Origin: Minisyncoccota bacterium
GTDB taxonomy: Bacteria; Patescibacteriota; Minisyncoccia; Phycocordibacterales; UBA9973
Length of the DNA: 48,677 nt
Assembly (NCBI GenBank): GCA_031291825.1
Contig: JARLIG010000003.1
Span: forward strand, 1-48,677
Direction: 5' to 3'
The translations under genes and the position numbers were made by a program. The notes under the pieces were generated by a model. It was not told where the DNA came from. It saw only the letters and a list, made by a program, of their open reading frames with translations, and did no database searches. Numbering within the stretch: position 1 is the first letter of the stretch; every line of letters starts with the position of its first letter. Below are positions 35,444-43,825 of the stretch, in pieces.

Positions 35444-35452
35444 TGTTATAAT
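35444..35452 (+). promoter_or_regulatory. Extended -10 TGtTATAAT directly after the trpS stop (candidate promoter of the downstream RNA)
   Basis: Consensus TGTTATAAT. No credible ORF follows. Confidence 0.4.
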
Positions 35453-35558
35453 AATTACGTGAACAAAATACAGCAAAATTATTGGAATAATTTCTTTTTC
35501 TTTAGCCCCAACCATGGAAGGCTGATATTTGCGCTGTAAGAAATCTATTAAACAAAAC

Positions 35559-35852
35559 ATTACAACTTAAATACCAACCTTCCAAGGTTGGTATTCTCGT
35601 TTACGAGAATAATCTTGTTCTTTCGGAGGAAAAAAGTGCACATTACTACTACATTTGAGTTGTGGTTTGCAAGAGAAGGAAGTAATACAGAGAGAGAGCA
35701 TCTTACTGTTCCTCCGCGTGTGACTAAACTTCCCTGCGGGTGTATTAGGAACCCACAAGACGCACCCTTTGCGTTAAGGAGAACTAAGGAGGGATGGATT
35801 CATCCCTACGCAAGATGCGAAACACCAGTAGTTGTACATCAGTGTGTCTAAT
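35559..35852 (+). ncRNA. rnpB: Candidate RNase P RNA (bacterial type A-like, reduced); ends uncertain
   Basis: A 490-bp noncoding gap contains blocks resembling CR-I to CR-V in the correct order. CR-I: GGAGGAAAAAAGTGCAC (compare GAGGAAAGUCCGGGC). CR-II: ACAGAGAGAGAGCA (compare ACAGAGAGCA). CR-III: GGGTGTATTAGGAACCCACAAGACGCACC (compare GGGUGAAAGGGUGCGGUAAGAGCGCACC). CR-IV: AAGATGCGAAAC (compare AGAUGAAUGAC). CR-V: ACATCAGTGTGTCTAAT (compare ACAGAACCCGGCUUAU). P2-like pairing TACAACT (35561-35567) with AGTTGTA (35830-35836). P4-like pairing AGTGCAC with GTGTGTCT. The comparison sequences are recalled from the E. coli M1 RNA. Confidence 0.5.
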
Positions 35853-35866
35853 TTGGCACCATAACT

Positions 35867-35909
35867 ATGGCGACCGTTCTCTAAAAGAGACCGGTCGCCA
35901 TTATTTTTT
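35867..35909 (+). terminator. Strong rho-independent terminator
   Basis: ATGGCGACCG-TTCTC...GAGA-C-CGGTCGCCAT (10 + 4 bp stem) followed by TATTTTTT. Confidence 0.8.
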
Positions 35910-35914
35910 ATTTG

Positions 35915-35923
35915 TGATAAAAT
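35915..35923 (+). promoter_or_regulatory. Extended -10 TGaTAAAAT, 8 nt upstream of aspS ATG
   Basis: TGATAAAAT-aaaaatct-ATG. Confidence 0.45.
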
Positions 35924-35931
35924 AAAAATCT

Positions 35932-37308
35932 ATGAAAAACAGAGTTTATCTAAAAGATTTAAAAGACCATGTCGGCAAAGAGGTCATTGTTGCTGGGTGG
36001 GTAGATGTGCGTCGCGACCAAGGCAAAATGGTGTTTTTTGAAATGCGTGATATGACTGGGAAAATACAATGTGTTACCTTACCTGCTCATGGAGAAGCGA
36101 TAGAAAAAGCTAAAGAAATTCGTCCAGAATGGGTTGTTAAAGTTAAAGGGCTAGTTAATAAACGTACAGACAAAAATGCAAATGGCAATGTTGAAATTGA
36201 AGTTTTAAATATTGAAGTTTTAAACAAAGCGGAAACTTTACCCTTTGATATTACAACTGATACAAGTGGAGTTAATGAAGAAACACGTTTAGCCTACCGT
36301 TATCTAGATTTGCGTTCCGACCGAATGCAAAAAAATATCAGAATGAGAAGTGAGTTTGTGAAAAAAGTCCGAGAATTTTTATTTTCCAAAATGTTTACCG
36401 AGATTGAAACTCCACTTTTGACGGAATCAACACCAGAAGGTTCGCGAGACTTCGTCGTACCTTCTAGATTGAACCCAGGTAGCTTTTATGCATTGCCTCA
36501 ATCTCCACAGCAATACAAACAGCTTTTAATGGTAGCTGGCATGGAAAAATATTTCCAAATTGCTCGTGCGATGAGAGATGAGGATTTGCGAGCGGATAGA
36601 GGTTTTGAACATACTCAAGTAGACATAGAGATGTCATTTGTGGAAATGGAGGATGTGATGAATACAGTAGAAGAAATGGTGACAACTGTTGTCGAGTCCA
36701 TGGGCTTTACAATTAAACAAAAACCTTTTCCAAGGATTACTTACAAAGATTCAATGGAAAAATATGGTGCTGATAAGTTTGATATGCGAACAGAAGAAGA
36801 TAAGAAAAATAATATACTGGCATACGCATGGGTGATTAATTTTCCATTCTTCGAAAAAACGGATGACGGCAAATGGACATTTACACACAATCCATTTTCT
36901 ATGCCAATCCCAGAACATTTGGAATGGCTCATGAAAGGGGAGAACATAGAGAATATTTTAACCACCCAATATGATTTAGTGTGCAATGGATATGAAGCTG
37001 GCGGGGGTTCAATTCGTGCCAATAAGCCAGAAATCTTAAAAGCTACTTATCAAGTTATGGGATATTCTGAAGAGGAAATTGAAGATAGAATTGGGCATAT
37101 GCTTAAAGCTTTCAAGTTTGGCGTACCACCACACGGAGGTATCGCATTGGGTGTAGAACGCAATCTTATGAATCTCACGAATGAAACTTATCTACGTGAA
37201 GTTGTAGCTTTTCCTATGACGAGAGGCGGAAAGACATCTGTTATGAATGCGCCGAAACCGCTAGAAGAAAAACAACTCAAAGAATTAAATATAAAAATTA
37301 GTAAGTAA
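35932..37308 (+). CDS. aspS: Aspartate--tRNA ligase, bacterial-type sequence lacking the GAD insertion domain (458 aa)
   Basis: FYALPQSPQQYKQLLMVAG, RDEDLRADRGFEHTQVDIEMSF, GGGSIR, PPHGGIALGVER. Confidence 0.92.
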   Translation: MKNRVYLKDLKDHVGKEVIVAGWVDVRRDQGKMVFFEMRDMTGKIQCVTLPAHGEAIEKAKEIRPEWVVKVKGLVNKRTDKNANGNVEIEVLNIEVLNKAETLPFDITTDTSGVNEETRLAYRYLDLRSDRMQKNIRMRSEFVKKVREFLFSKMFTEIETPLLTESTPEGSRDFVVPSRLNPGSFYALPQSPQQYKQLLMVAGMEKYFQIARAMRDEDLRADRGFEHTQVDIEMSFVEMEDVMNTVEEMVTTVVESMGFTIKQKPFPRITYKDSMEKYGADKFDMRTEEDKKNNILAYAWVINFPFFEKTDDGKWTFTHNPFSMPIPEHLEWLMKGENIENILTTQYDLVCNGYEAGGGSIRANKPEILKATYQVMGYSEEEIEDRIGHMLKAFKFGVPPHGGIALGVERNLMNLTNETYLREVVAFPMTRGGKTSVMNAPKPLEEKQLKELNIKISK

Positions 37309-37314
37309 TTTTAA

Positions 37315-37680
37315 ATGCAATACAAAATTTCTGGCAAGGTTATCAAGGGCGATGGATATGGCAACAAGATTGGTTTCCCAACGTTGAACCTTGATAGAAA
37401 AAAATTTCTTGCCTTAGATAAAAAACCAAGTTTCGGAGTTTACGTTGGGCTAGCTACCTTAAACAAGAAACAATACAAGGCGGGAATTGTGATTGGTCCA
37501 TTAGATAAAAAAAGTTTGCCAAAAATTGAAGCGCATTTGATAGGGTACAAAGGCAATGCCTATAGCAAGAAAGCAACTTTAGAGCTAAATAAATTTATAA
37601 GAAAATTTAAAAGCTTCAAGACGGAAAAAGAATTAATTGCGCAGATCAAAAAAGATATAAAAATATGTTCACAGGCATAA
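37315..37680 (+). CDS. Riboflavin kinase (stand-alone kinase domain)
   Basis: GKVIKGDGYGNKIGFPTLNL...IEAHLIGYKGNAYSK...FIRKFKSFKTEKELIAQIKKDI matches the C-terminal kinase domain of RibF. No FAD synthetase domain. Confidence 0.8.
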   Translation: MQYKISGKVIKGDGYGNKIGFPTLNLDRKKFLALDKKPSFGVYVGLATLNKKQYKAGIVIGPLDKKSLPKIEAHLIGYKGNAYSKKATLELNKFIRKFKSFKTEKELIAQIKKDIKICSQA

Positions 37681-38237
37681 TCAAAAAAACTTCAAATTTA
37701 AAAAATACTAAGTCAAAAAATGACAGTTTTGAAATTGAAATTCTAAATAATTTAGGAAAAGTAAAATTAGGAGAAAGCATCAGTATCAATGGTGTCTGTT
37801 CAACGGTAAAAAAAATCGGTAAAGATATTGCTTTTGAATATATGCCAGAGACCTTAAAGCTTTCAAATATAGGTCTTCTTAAAAAAGGCGAAAAGGTCAA
37901 CATAGAACAATCAATGCGTTTAAATGATAGACTGGATGGGCACATTGTTTTAGGGCATATTGACGGTAAGGGTAAAATACTTAAGATTACGAAAGAAGGG
38001 AATTCCAGAGTTTTTGAAATAAAAATACCTGATAAAAAGTTCGCAAAATTTTTAGTTTACAAGGGTTCAGTGGCGATGGAGGGGATTAGTCTCACAGTGG
38101 CTAAGGTTTTCAAAGATTTTTTTGTAGTGAAAGTAATTCCTTATACATTTGAAAATACGAATTTGAATTCAAAAAAAGTCGGAGATTTAATAAATTTAGA
38201 GTTTGATATACTTGCTAAATATGCAAATAAAAAATAA
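37665..38237 (+). CDS. ribE: Riboflavin synthase alpha chain
   Basis: MFTGII...SISINGVCSTV...DGHIVLGHIDG...GSVAMEGISLTV (two lumazine-binding repeats). Confidence 0.9.
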   Translation: MFTGIIKKTSNLKNTKSKNDSFEIEILNNLGKVKLGESISINGVCSTVKKIGKDIAFEYMPETLKLSNIGLLKKGEKVNIEQSMRLNDRLDGHIVLGHIDGKGKILKITKEGNSRVFEIKIPDKKFAKFLVYKGSVAMEGISLTVAKVFKDFFVVKVIPYTFENTNLNSKKVGDLINLEFDILAKYANKK

Positions 38238-38679
38238 ACAAAAAAAAGTATCAGCCGAATATTTAGACGGTACAAAAGTAAAAGTTGGTATTGTCTTGAC
38301 TAGATGGAATAGTGATATTACAGATAAACTTTTAGAAAATGCGCTGGAAGCCCTTAAAAAATCTAAAGTTAATTCAAGAAATATTAGAGTTGCGCATGTA
38401 TCCGGAGCAGTAGAAATTCCTTTTGCATTACATAAACTAGCTAAGTCTAGAGAATTTGATTTTTTAGTGGCACTTGGTTGTGTGATAAAGGGAGATACTC
38501 CACATTTTGATTATGTTTGCAAGATGGCGCAAGAAGGAGCATTAAAAGTTATGATTGAAGATAATATTCCGGTAGGTTTTGGAGTATTGACTGTAAATAA
38601 TTTAGAACAAACTAAAGAAAGAATTCATGTTGGAGGCGAAGCAGCTTTGGCGGCGTTGGAACTTGCTCTGTTGAAATAA
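38221..38679 (+). CDS. ribH: 6,7-dimethyl-8-ribityllumazine synthase
   Basis: VGIVLTRWNSDIT...VSGAVEIP...ALGCVIKGDTPHFDYV...GVLT. The start is moved to ATG 38221. Confidence 0.9.
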   Translation: MQIKNKQKKVSAEYLDGTKVKVGIVLTRWNSDITDKLLENALEALKKSKVNSRNIRVAHVSGAVEIPFALHKLAKSREFDFLVALGCVIKGDTPHFDYVCKMAQEGALKVMIEDNIPVGFGVLTVNNLEQTKERIHVGGEAALAALELALLK

Positions 38680-38694
38680 ATTTTTATAGGTAGT

Positions 38695-39930
38695 ATGAAG
38701 AAAAATAAAAAAACTAAATTAGGGAATAAATTAGACACTATCGACGAGGCAATTTCTGATATTAAATCAGGAAAGATTGTTATTGTTGTGGATGATGAGA
38801 ATCGAGAAAATGAAGGCGATTTTATTACTGCTGCCAGAAATGTGACTCCAGAAATAATAAATTTTATGACGACGTATGGTCGCGGGCTGCTTTGTGTGGC
38901 AATAACAGAGGAAATATCTAAGACGCTCAATTTTCCAATGATGACTCCTAAAAACACTTCTTTTCATTCAACTGCCTTTACTGTTTCCGTTGATTTACTT
39001 GGTTATGGTTGTACGACTGGCATCTCTGCACAAGACAGATCTAAAACCATTCAGGCATTGGTTGACCCTAGAATGAAACCAGAAAATTTTGGTTGTCCAG
39101 GACATGTTTTTCCGATTCAGGCAAAGAATGGTGGAGTTTTGCGTAGAGCCGGACATACGGAAGCTGTGGTAGACCTAGCGCGCATCTCTCACTTTGAGCC
39201 AGCGGGAGTTTTGGTGGAAATTATGAATAAAGATGGCAGTATGGCGCGTTTACCAGATTTATTTAAAATCGCTAAAAAATTTAATTTAAAAATTATCAGT
39301 ATTGCTGATTTGATAAGTTACCGATTAAAAAACGAAACGCTAATAAAAAGAGAAGTGCAAGTAAAAATGCCCACTAAGTTTGGGAATTTTGATTTATACG
39401 CTTATCGTCGGGAAGACACTGGCGAAGAACATCTTGCTTTAGTAAAAGGTAAATTTAGCAAAGACGAAGCAGTTTTAGTTCGTGTACACTCATCATGCAT
39501 CACTGGAGATATTTTTGGTTCACTGCGTTGTGATTGCGGACCTCAGTTAGAAAGAGCGATGGAATTAATAAATACCGAAGGCAAAGGTGTCATTGTTTAC
39601 ATGAATCAGGAAGGTCGCGGAATAGGACTTTTAAATAAATTAAAAGCATATAAACTTCAAGAACAAGGTCTGGATACTGTAGAAGCGAATTTGAAACTTG
39701 GTTTTAAAATGGATGAACGTGACTATGGCATTGGTGCGCAAATTTTACGTGACTTAGGTATTTCTAAGATGCGTTTAATGACGAACAATCCAAGCAAACG
39801 TGCTGGACTCATCGGCTATGGTTTAGAAATTGTAGAAAATATTCCGATCGAAATAAAATCAAACGAACACAATAAAGCTTATCTTTCAACCAAGCGTAGT
39901 AAGATGGGGCATATTTTAAAATTGGAATAA
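38695..39930 (+). CDS. ribBA: Bifunctional 3,4-dihydroxy-2-butanone-4-phosphate synthase / GTP cyclohydrolase II
   Basis: [16 protein letters not shown], and [22 protein letters not shown] in the GCH II zinc site. Confidence 0.92.
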   Translation: MKKNKKTKLGNKLDTIDEAISDIKSGKIVIVVDDENRENEGDFITAARNVTPEIINFMTTYGRGLLCVAITEEISKTLNFPMMTPKNTSFHSTAFTVSVDLLGYGCTTGISAQDRSKTIQALVDPRMKPENFGCPGHVFPIQAKNGGVLRRAGHTEAVVDLARISHFEPAGVLVEIMNKDGSMARLPDLFKIAKKFNLKIISIADLISYRLKNETLIKREVQVKMPTKFGNFDLYAYRREDTGEEHLALVKGKFSKDEAVLVRVHSSCITGDIFGSLRCDCGPQLERAMELINTEGKGVIVYMNQEGRGIGLLNKLKAYKLQEQGLDTVEANLKLGFKMDERDYGIGAQILRDLGISKMRLMTNNPSKRAGLIGYGLEIVENIPIEIKSNEHNKAYLSTKRSKMGHILKLE

Positions 39931-39935
39931 CCTCT

Positions 39936-42437
39936 CTAGTTCCTTGATTCTAGGAATTTTTGGATAACTTTTTTGTCTCGTTTGAGCCAAGAGATATTGC
40001 CTTCGAGTCGTTCTATGACTTGCTCAATAGATCTTTTAGCGCCAGGAGCTTCGTGGGTGGCAAAAAATTTTTTGAAGGATTTTAAATGATGTTCTTCTGC
40101 ACTACCGTTGAGAGCTTTAACTGCGCGTCCTAAGGTGAGTCCGCCTTCGCCATAGCGTGTTACAAGCACTTTCCAATTCTTCTCTACAAAATTCCACCAA
40201 ATATCACGACCCAAAGGATTCATTCCCACGCCTGACAAAATACCAACTGTGTCTTGGGTGCGGACTTCTTTGGACATTGCAAATAGGCAGACCTTTTCTA
40301 GGATTTTTGGATCAGTGAAGTCACCCAAGGCATTTCCGATGCGATTTTTTTCTTCATGTAATGTTTCATTTTTATATAGTTTTATAAACATTTCATATTC
40401 TTTTTTATTTCCATAAGTCGCGACGATAGAGTAGATAGCACCTCTAATATCTGGAGTTATTTTTTCGCCTCTTTGCACTAATAAAAATTTATTCTGCGCG
40501 TCTTTAATTATTTTTTTATCTCCAGCTCTTCCAGCACGAGAAATAGCCAGCGATCTAAGAAGTGTGTCTGTGTGATTTTCGCCCTCTACTTTATTCCAAT
40601 CCAATCTTTCTGCAATGGGGGAAAATATTTCTCTGGTTATATTTCTAAAAGCTTTTTCTTCTGGGAGGAGTTGCTCTAGACGAGCTAGTCCCATAGCAAG
40701 TTCAAGCAAAACTGTGTAAGTATCTTCATTTTTAAAAGCTTTTAGAAATTCTAATGCATCAGTCGTGGGTATTGTTCCAGCCTCAGATAAAGCAAAAAGA
40801 TCTCTGACGATACCTAGTCTATCTATTTCTGGCAAAGTCTTTTCCAAGACTGGCTTAACTAATTTTTCTAAAAGTTCAGGAGAGTATGCTGTACGATAGA
40901 ATCCAGTTTCGCCTATGTTTATTTTTGTCCAAGAATTATTGGTATCTACCAAGATTGGTACTTCCCATTTTGTTTTTTCTTTATTATTTTGTTTTGAAAA
41001 AGGATTAGCAAAAAATCTCTCTTGGGTTAAGAATAAATAATTATTTTTTATTTCAGCTTTAATAACGGGGTAGCCAGGTTTAGAGGTCCAGTTTTTCATC
41101 ATTTTTGTGACTGGTTTTTTGGAAACTTTTTCAAATGCCTTCCATAGATGTATGGTCTCTGTATTTTTATAACTATGTTTTTTAAGATAATAACGCAAAC
41201 CATTGCGAAAATTTTCTTCACCTAGATAATTTGCAAGCATTCTAATAATCGAAGCACCCTTAGAATAAGATATCTCATCAAATATTTCTCCAATTTCATC
41301 GGGGTGGTGAACTTCAACTTCGATGGGGTGGGTTTTTGTTAATGCATCTAAGCGCAAAGCTATACCAAGGTCGCTCGTTGCAAATTGTGTCCAAATATTC
41401 CATTTTGGAAAAAGTTTATCTACTGCTAAGTATTCTATATAAGAAGCAAAACCCTCGTTTAACCATAAATGTGTCCACCATTCCATTGTGACTAGATTTC
41501 CAAACCACTGATGTGCAAGCTCATGAGCAATAACAAGAGCCACCCACTGTTTATTTGAAGTAGAAGAATTTTCTCCATCAACCAAAAGAGCACTTTCTCT
41601 ATAAGTGATAGCACCCCAATTTTCCATTGCGCCGGAAGAAAAGTCTGGAACAGCAATCATGTCGAGTACTGGCAGGGGATAATTTATGTCAAAGTATTTT
41701 TCGTAAAATTCCAAAGTTTTAACTGCGCATCCAAGAGCAAATTTTGCTTGATGCTTTTTGTTTGGAACTGTGTATACACGGACTCGTATATTTCTTTTTG
41801 TTTTAGCTTCTAAATATTCAAAATCTCCAACAATGAAAGCAAGTAGGTAGGTGGACATCTTTGGTGTTGGAGAAAATTTTACGATTTCGTATCCAGCTTC
41901 GTGTTCTAAAACAGAAACAGGCAGTGTGTTGGAAATTGCTGTTTTACCTTTTGGTATCACAAGTGAGACATTAAAAATTGCTTTGTGCGCTGGCTCATCA
42001 AAACAGGGAAAAGCACGGCGTGCATCAGTGGCCTCAAATTGTGTAGTGGCCATGTGATATTCTTTTTTTCCGATACTATAACGGCTGCGATAAAAACCTC
42101 GCATTTTATCATTTAGTATTCCTTTAAAAACCAAGGTGAGTTTTGTTTTTGAGGGCAGAATAAGTTTAGGAAATGAAAAAGTAGCGGTTTCCTTTTTAGA
42201 ATCATAAGAAATTTTTGCAAACACTTTTTCTTTTCCAATCGATGCATCAGCTGTGATTATCTCAATTTCCTTAGAGTGCAGGGTGATAGTTTTGGTTTTT
42301 TTAAAAACAGAAAGAGTGATTGTTTCCGTGCCTTCAAAAGTAAAATTTTCTAAATCAGGCTTTAGTTGTATGTCATATTCTTTGGGAATAATGTCTTTGG
42401 AAAGTCGCACATTTTTTGCAATATTTTTCTTTGGCAT
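39936..42437 (-). CDS. pepN: M1 family aminopeptidase (aminopeptidase N-like with ERAP1-like C-terminal domain)
   Basis: GAMEN exopeptidase motif and HELAHQWFGNLVTMEWWTHLWLNEGFA (HEXXH-x18-E). Confidence 0.9.
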   Translation of the reverse strand: MPKKNIAKNVRLSKDIIPKEYDIQLKPDLENFTFEGTETITLSVFKKTKTITLHSKEIEIITADASIGKEKVFAKISYDSKKETATFSFPKLILPSKTKLTLVFKGILNDKMRGFYRSRYSIGKKEYHMATTQFEATDARRAFPCFDEPAHKAIFNVSLVIPKGKTAISNTLPVSVLEHEAGYEIVKFSPTPKMSTYLLAFIVGDFEYLEAKTKRNIRVRVYTVPNKKHQAKFALGCAVKTLEFYEKYFDINYPLPVLDMIAVPDFSSGAMENWGAITYRESALLVDGENSSTSNKQWVALVIAHELAHQWFGNLVTMEWWTHLWLNEGFASYIEYLAVDKLFPKWNIWTQFATSDLGIALRLDALTKTHPIEVEVHHPDEIGEIFDEISYSKGASIIRMLANYLGEENFRNGLRYYLKKHSYKNTETIHLWKAFEKVSKKPVTKMMKNWTSKPGYPVIKAEIKNNYLFLTQERFFANPFSKQNNKEKTKWEVPILVDTNNSWTKINIGETGFYRTAYSPELLEKLVKPVLEKTLPEIDRLGIVRDLFALSEAGTIPTTDALEFLKAFKNEDTYTVLLELAMGLARLEQLLPEEKAFRNITREIFSPIAERLDWNKVEGENHTDTLLRSLAISRAGRAGDKKIIKDAQNKFLLVQRGEKITPDIRGAIYSIVATYGNKKEYEMFIKLYKNETLHEEKNRIGNALGDFTDPKILEKVCLFAMSKEVRTQDTVGILSGVGMNPLGRDIWWNFVEKNWKVLVTRYGEGGLTLGRAVKALNGSAEEHHLKSFKKFFATHEAPGAKRSIEQVIERLEGNISWLKRDKKVIQKFLESRN

Positions 42438-42443
42438 GTTTTC

Positions 42444-42449
42444 AGTATA
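42444..42449 (-). promoter_or_regulatory. -10 box TATACT, 6 nt upstream of pepN ATG
   Basis: Minus strand reads TATACT-gaaaac-ATG. Confidence 0.45.
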
Positions 42450-42466
42450 TCTTTTTTAGCAAAAAA

Positions 42467-42475
42467 TGCTAATAT
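42467..42475 (+). promoter_or_regulatory. Extended -10 TGcTAATAT, 6 nt upstream of scpA GTG 42482
   Basis: TGCTAATAT-acaaag-GTG. Confidence 0.45.
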
Positions 42476-42481
42476 ACAAAG

Positions 42482-43228
42482 GTGGAAAATGATGATTTTA
42501 AAATAAAAACGGTGGGATTTGAGGGGCCTTTTGGACTGCTTTTAAACTTAATAGAAAAGCGAAAGCTTTTTATTAATGATGTTTCTCTTTCGGCAGTGAC
42601 AGAAGATTATTTGAGTTATATGAATTCATTGGGAGGACTTTCCCCTGCAGAGGTTTCCAGTTTTGTCTTGATTGCTTCTACTTTACTTTTAATTAAATCA
42701 AAATCTCTTTTGCCAAACTTAGATTTGACCACAGAGGAAGAAGGTGACATAAAAAATCTAGAAGAAAGATTGCGTCTTTACGAAATATTTACAAAATTGG
42801 GAGGTACTATAAAAAATAATTTTGGAAAGAAAATAATTTTTGCTCCACTAGAAAGAAAAAATAATATTTTAATTTTTTTGCCTGACAGCCAAATCACAAA
42901 AGATTCAATGATGACTTTTGCGAGAGATGTGTTGGGTGCATTGCCTAAGAAAATTTTCATGCCGGAAGTGGAAGTGAAAACTGTCATAAGTATCGAGGAA
43001 ATGATAGATAAATTAACCGAACGCATTAAAACCAGCATGAAAATGAGTTTCAGAGATTTTAACGGAAAATCAGCGACGCGAGAAGAGAAGGTAGTTGTAA
43101 TTGTCGGATTTCTTGCTATGCTGGAAATGGTCAGGCAGGGAATGATTGATGCTATTCAAGAAATTGATGGAGGAGATATAACACTTGAAAAATTAGAAGA
43201 GAATTACGAATTACGAATTACGAATTAA
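42482..43228 (+). CDS. scpA: Segregation and condensation protein A (kleisin)
   Basis: FEGPFGLLLNLIEKRKLFINDVSLSAVTEDYLSYM and a C-terminal winged helix. GTG start. Confidence 0.85.
   Translation: MENDDFKIKTVGFEGPFGLLLNLIEKRKLFINDVSLSAVTEDYLSYMNSLGGLSPAEVSSFVLIASTLLLIKSKSLLPNLDLTTEEEGDIKNLEERLRLYEIFTKLGGTIKNNFGKKIIFAPLERKNNILIFLPDSQITKDSMMTFARDVLGALPKKIFMPEVEVKTVISIEEMIDKLTERIKTSMKMSFRDFNGKSATREEKVVVIVGFLAMLEMVRQGMIDAIQEIDGGDITLEKLEENYELRITN
43202..43227 (+). repeat. (ATTACGA)3 tandem heptamer repeat forming the scpA C-terminus and stop codon
   Basis: AATTACGAATTACGAATTACGAATTA encodes ...ELRITN-stop. Confidence 0.75.
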
Positions 43229-43232
43229 ATTT

Positions 43233-43799
43233 ATGCATTTAGAACAAAAAATAGAAGCAATACTTTTTTTTAAAGGCGAACCAGTCTCTTTGAAAAAACT
43301 TGAGGATATTTTAAAAGTTTCAAAAGAACAAATTGATGAGGCTATTTTAAATTTAAAAAATAATCTTACAAATAGAGGAATAGCGTTGATGGAAAAAGAT
43401 ACAGAAATTACTCTGGGCACGACTCCGGAATTAAGTAAATTGATTGAAGATTTACAAAAAGAAGAATTAAATAAAGAACTTTCCAAGGCTAGTTTAGAAA
43501 CTTTATCAATTATTCTTTATAAAAACGGCGCTAGTCGAGCAGAGATTGATTACATTCGAGGCGTAAATTCTAGTTTTACCTTACGTGCTTTGTCTGTTCG
43601 AGGACTCGTAGAAAAAACGGTAGACACTAAAGATAATCGCCGATACATTTACAAACCAAGCTTTGAACTACTAGCTTTCATGGGCGTCGCTTCAATTGAA
43701 GAGTTGCCGGACTATGCGGAAGTAAGTGGTTCTCTTAACGTAGCTGCAAAAAGTTTAGAAGAAGAAACTACAAAAGAATCAGACGTTGGACAACTGTAA
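43233..43799 (+). CDS. scpB: Segregation and condensation protein B
   Basis: IEAILFFKGEPVSLKKL...SLETLSIILYKNGASRAEIDYIRGVNS...LVEK. Confidence 0.88.
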   Translation: MHLEQKIEAILFFKGEPVSLKKLEDILKVSKEQIDEAILNLKNNLTNRGIALMEKDTEITLGTTPELSKLIEDLQKEELNKELSKASLETLSIILYKNGASRAEIDYIRGVNSSFTLRALSVRGLVEKTVDTKDNRRYIYKPSFELLAFMGVASIEELPDYAEVSGSLNVAAKSLEEETTKESDVGQL

Positions 43800-43821
43800 A
43801 CAGGTGTACAACGTCTGATTC
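43776..43821. repeat. GACGT palindromic element copy overlapping the scpB C-terminus and stop
   Basis: The left arm GAATCAGACGTTGGACAACTG pairs with the right arm CAGGTGTACAACGTCTGATTC. The element encodes SDVGQL-stop. Lies between convergent genes. Confidence 0.75.
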
Positions 43822-43825
43822 TAAT

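Noticed and set aside
35567-35851. ORFs of 63 aa (minus) and 87 aa (plus) in the trpS-aspS gap
   Set aside because: They overlap each other and lie in the structured-RNA candidate. No start context or -10 spacing like real genes, and the composition is odd.
35444-35931. Idea that the gap is a T-box leader of aspS, or a tmRNA
   Set aside because: No T-box consensus (AAnnnGGGTGGTACCGCG) and no obvious specifier/Stem I features. No tRNA-like GGTTCGAATCC...ACCA 3' end or tag-peptide ORF for tmRNA. The CR-I to CR-V order fits RNase P better. A covariance-model search is still needed.
37309-37314. FMN riboswitch ahead of the riboflavin genes
   Set aside because: Only 6 nt separate aspS from the riboflavin kinase gene, and no FMN-element-like sequence was seen nearby.
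5605-43821. Possibility that the GACGT repeats are a CRISPR array or array remnants
   Set aside because: Copies are kilobases apart, in both orientations, not regularly spaced with unique spacers, and there are no cas genes in the window.
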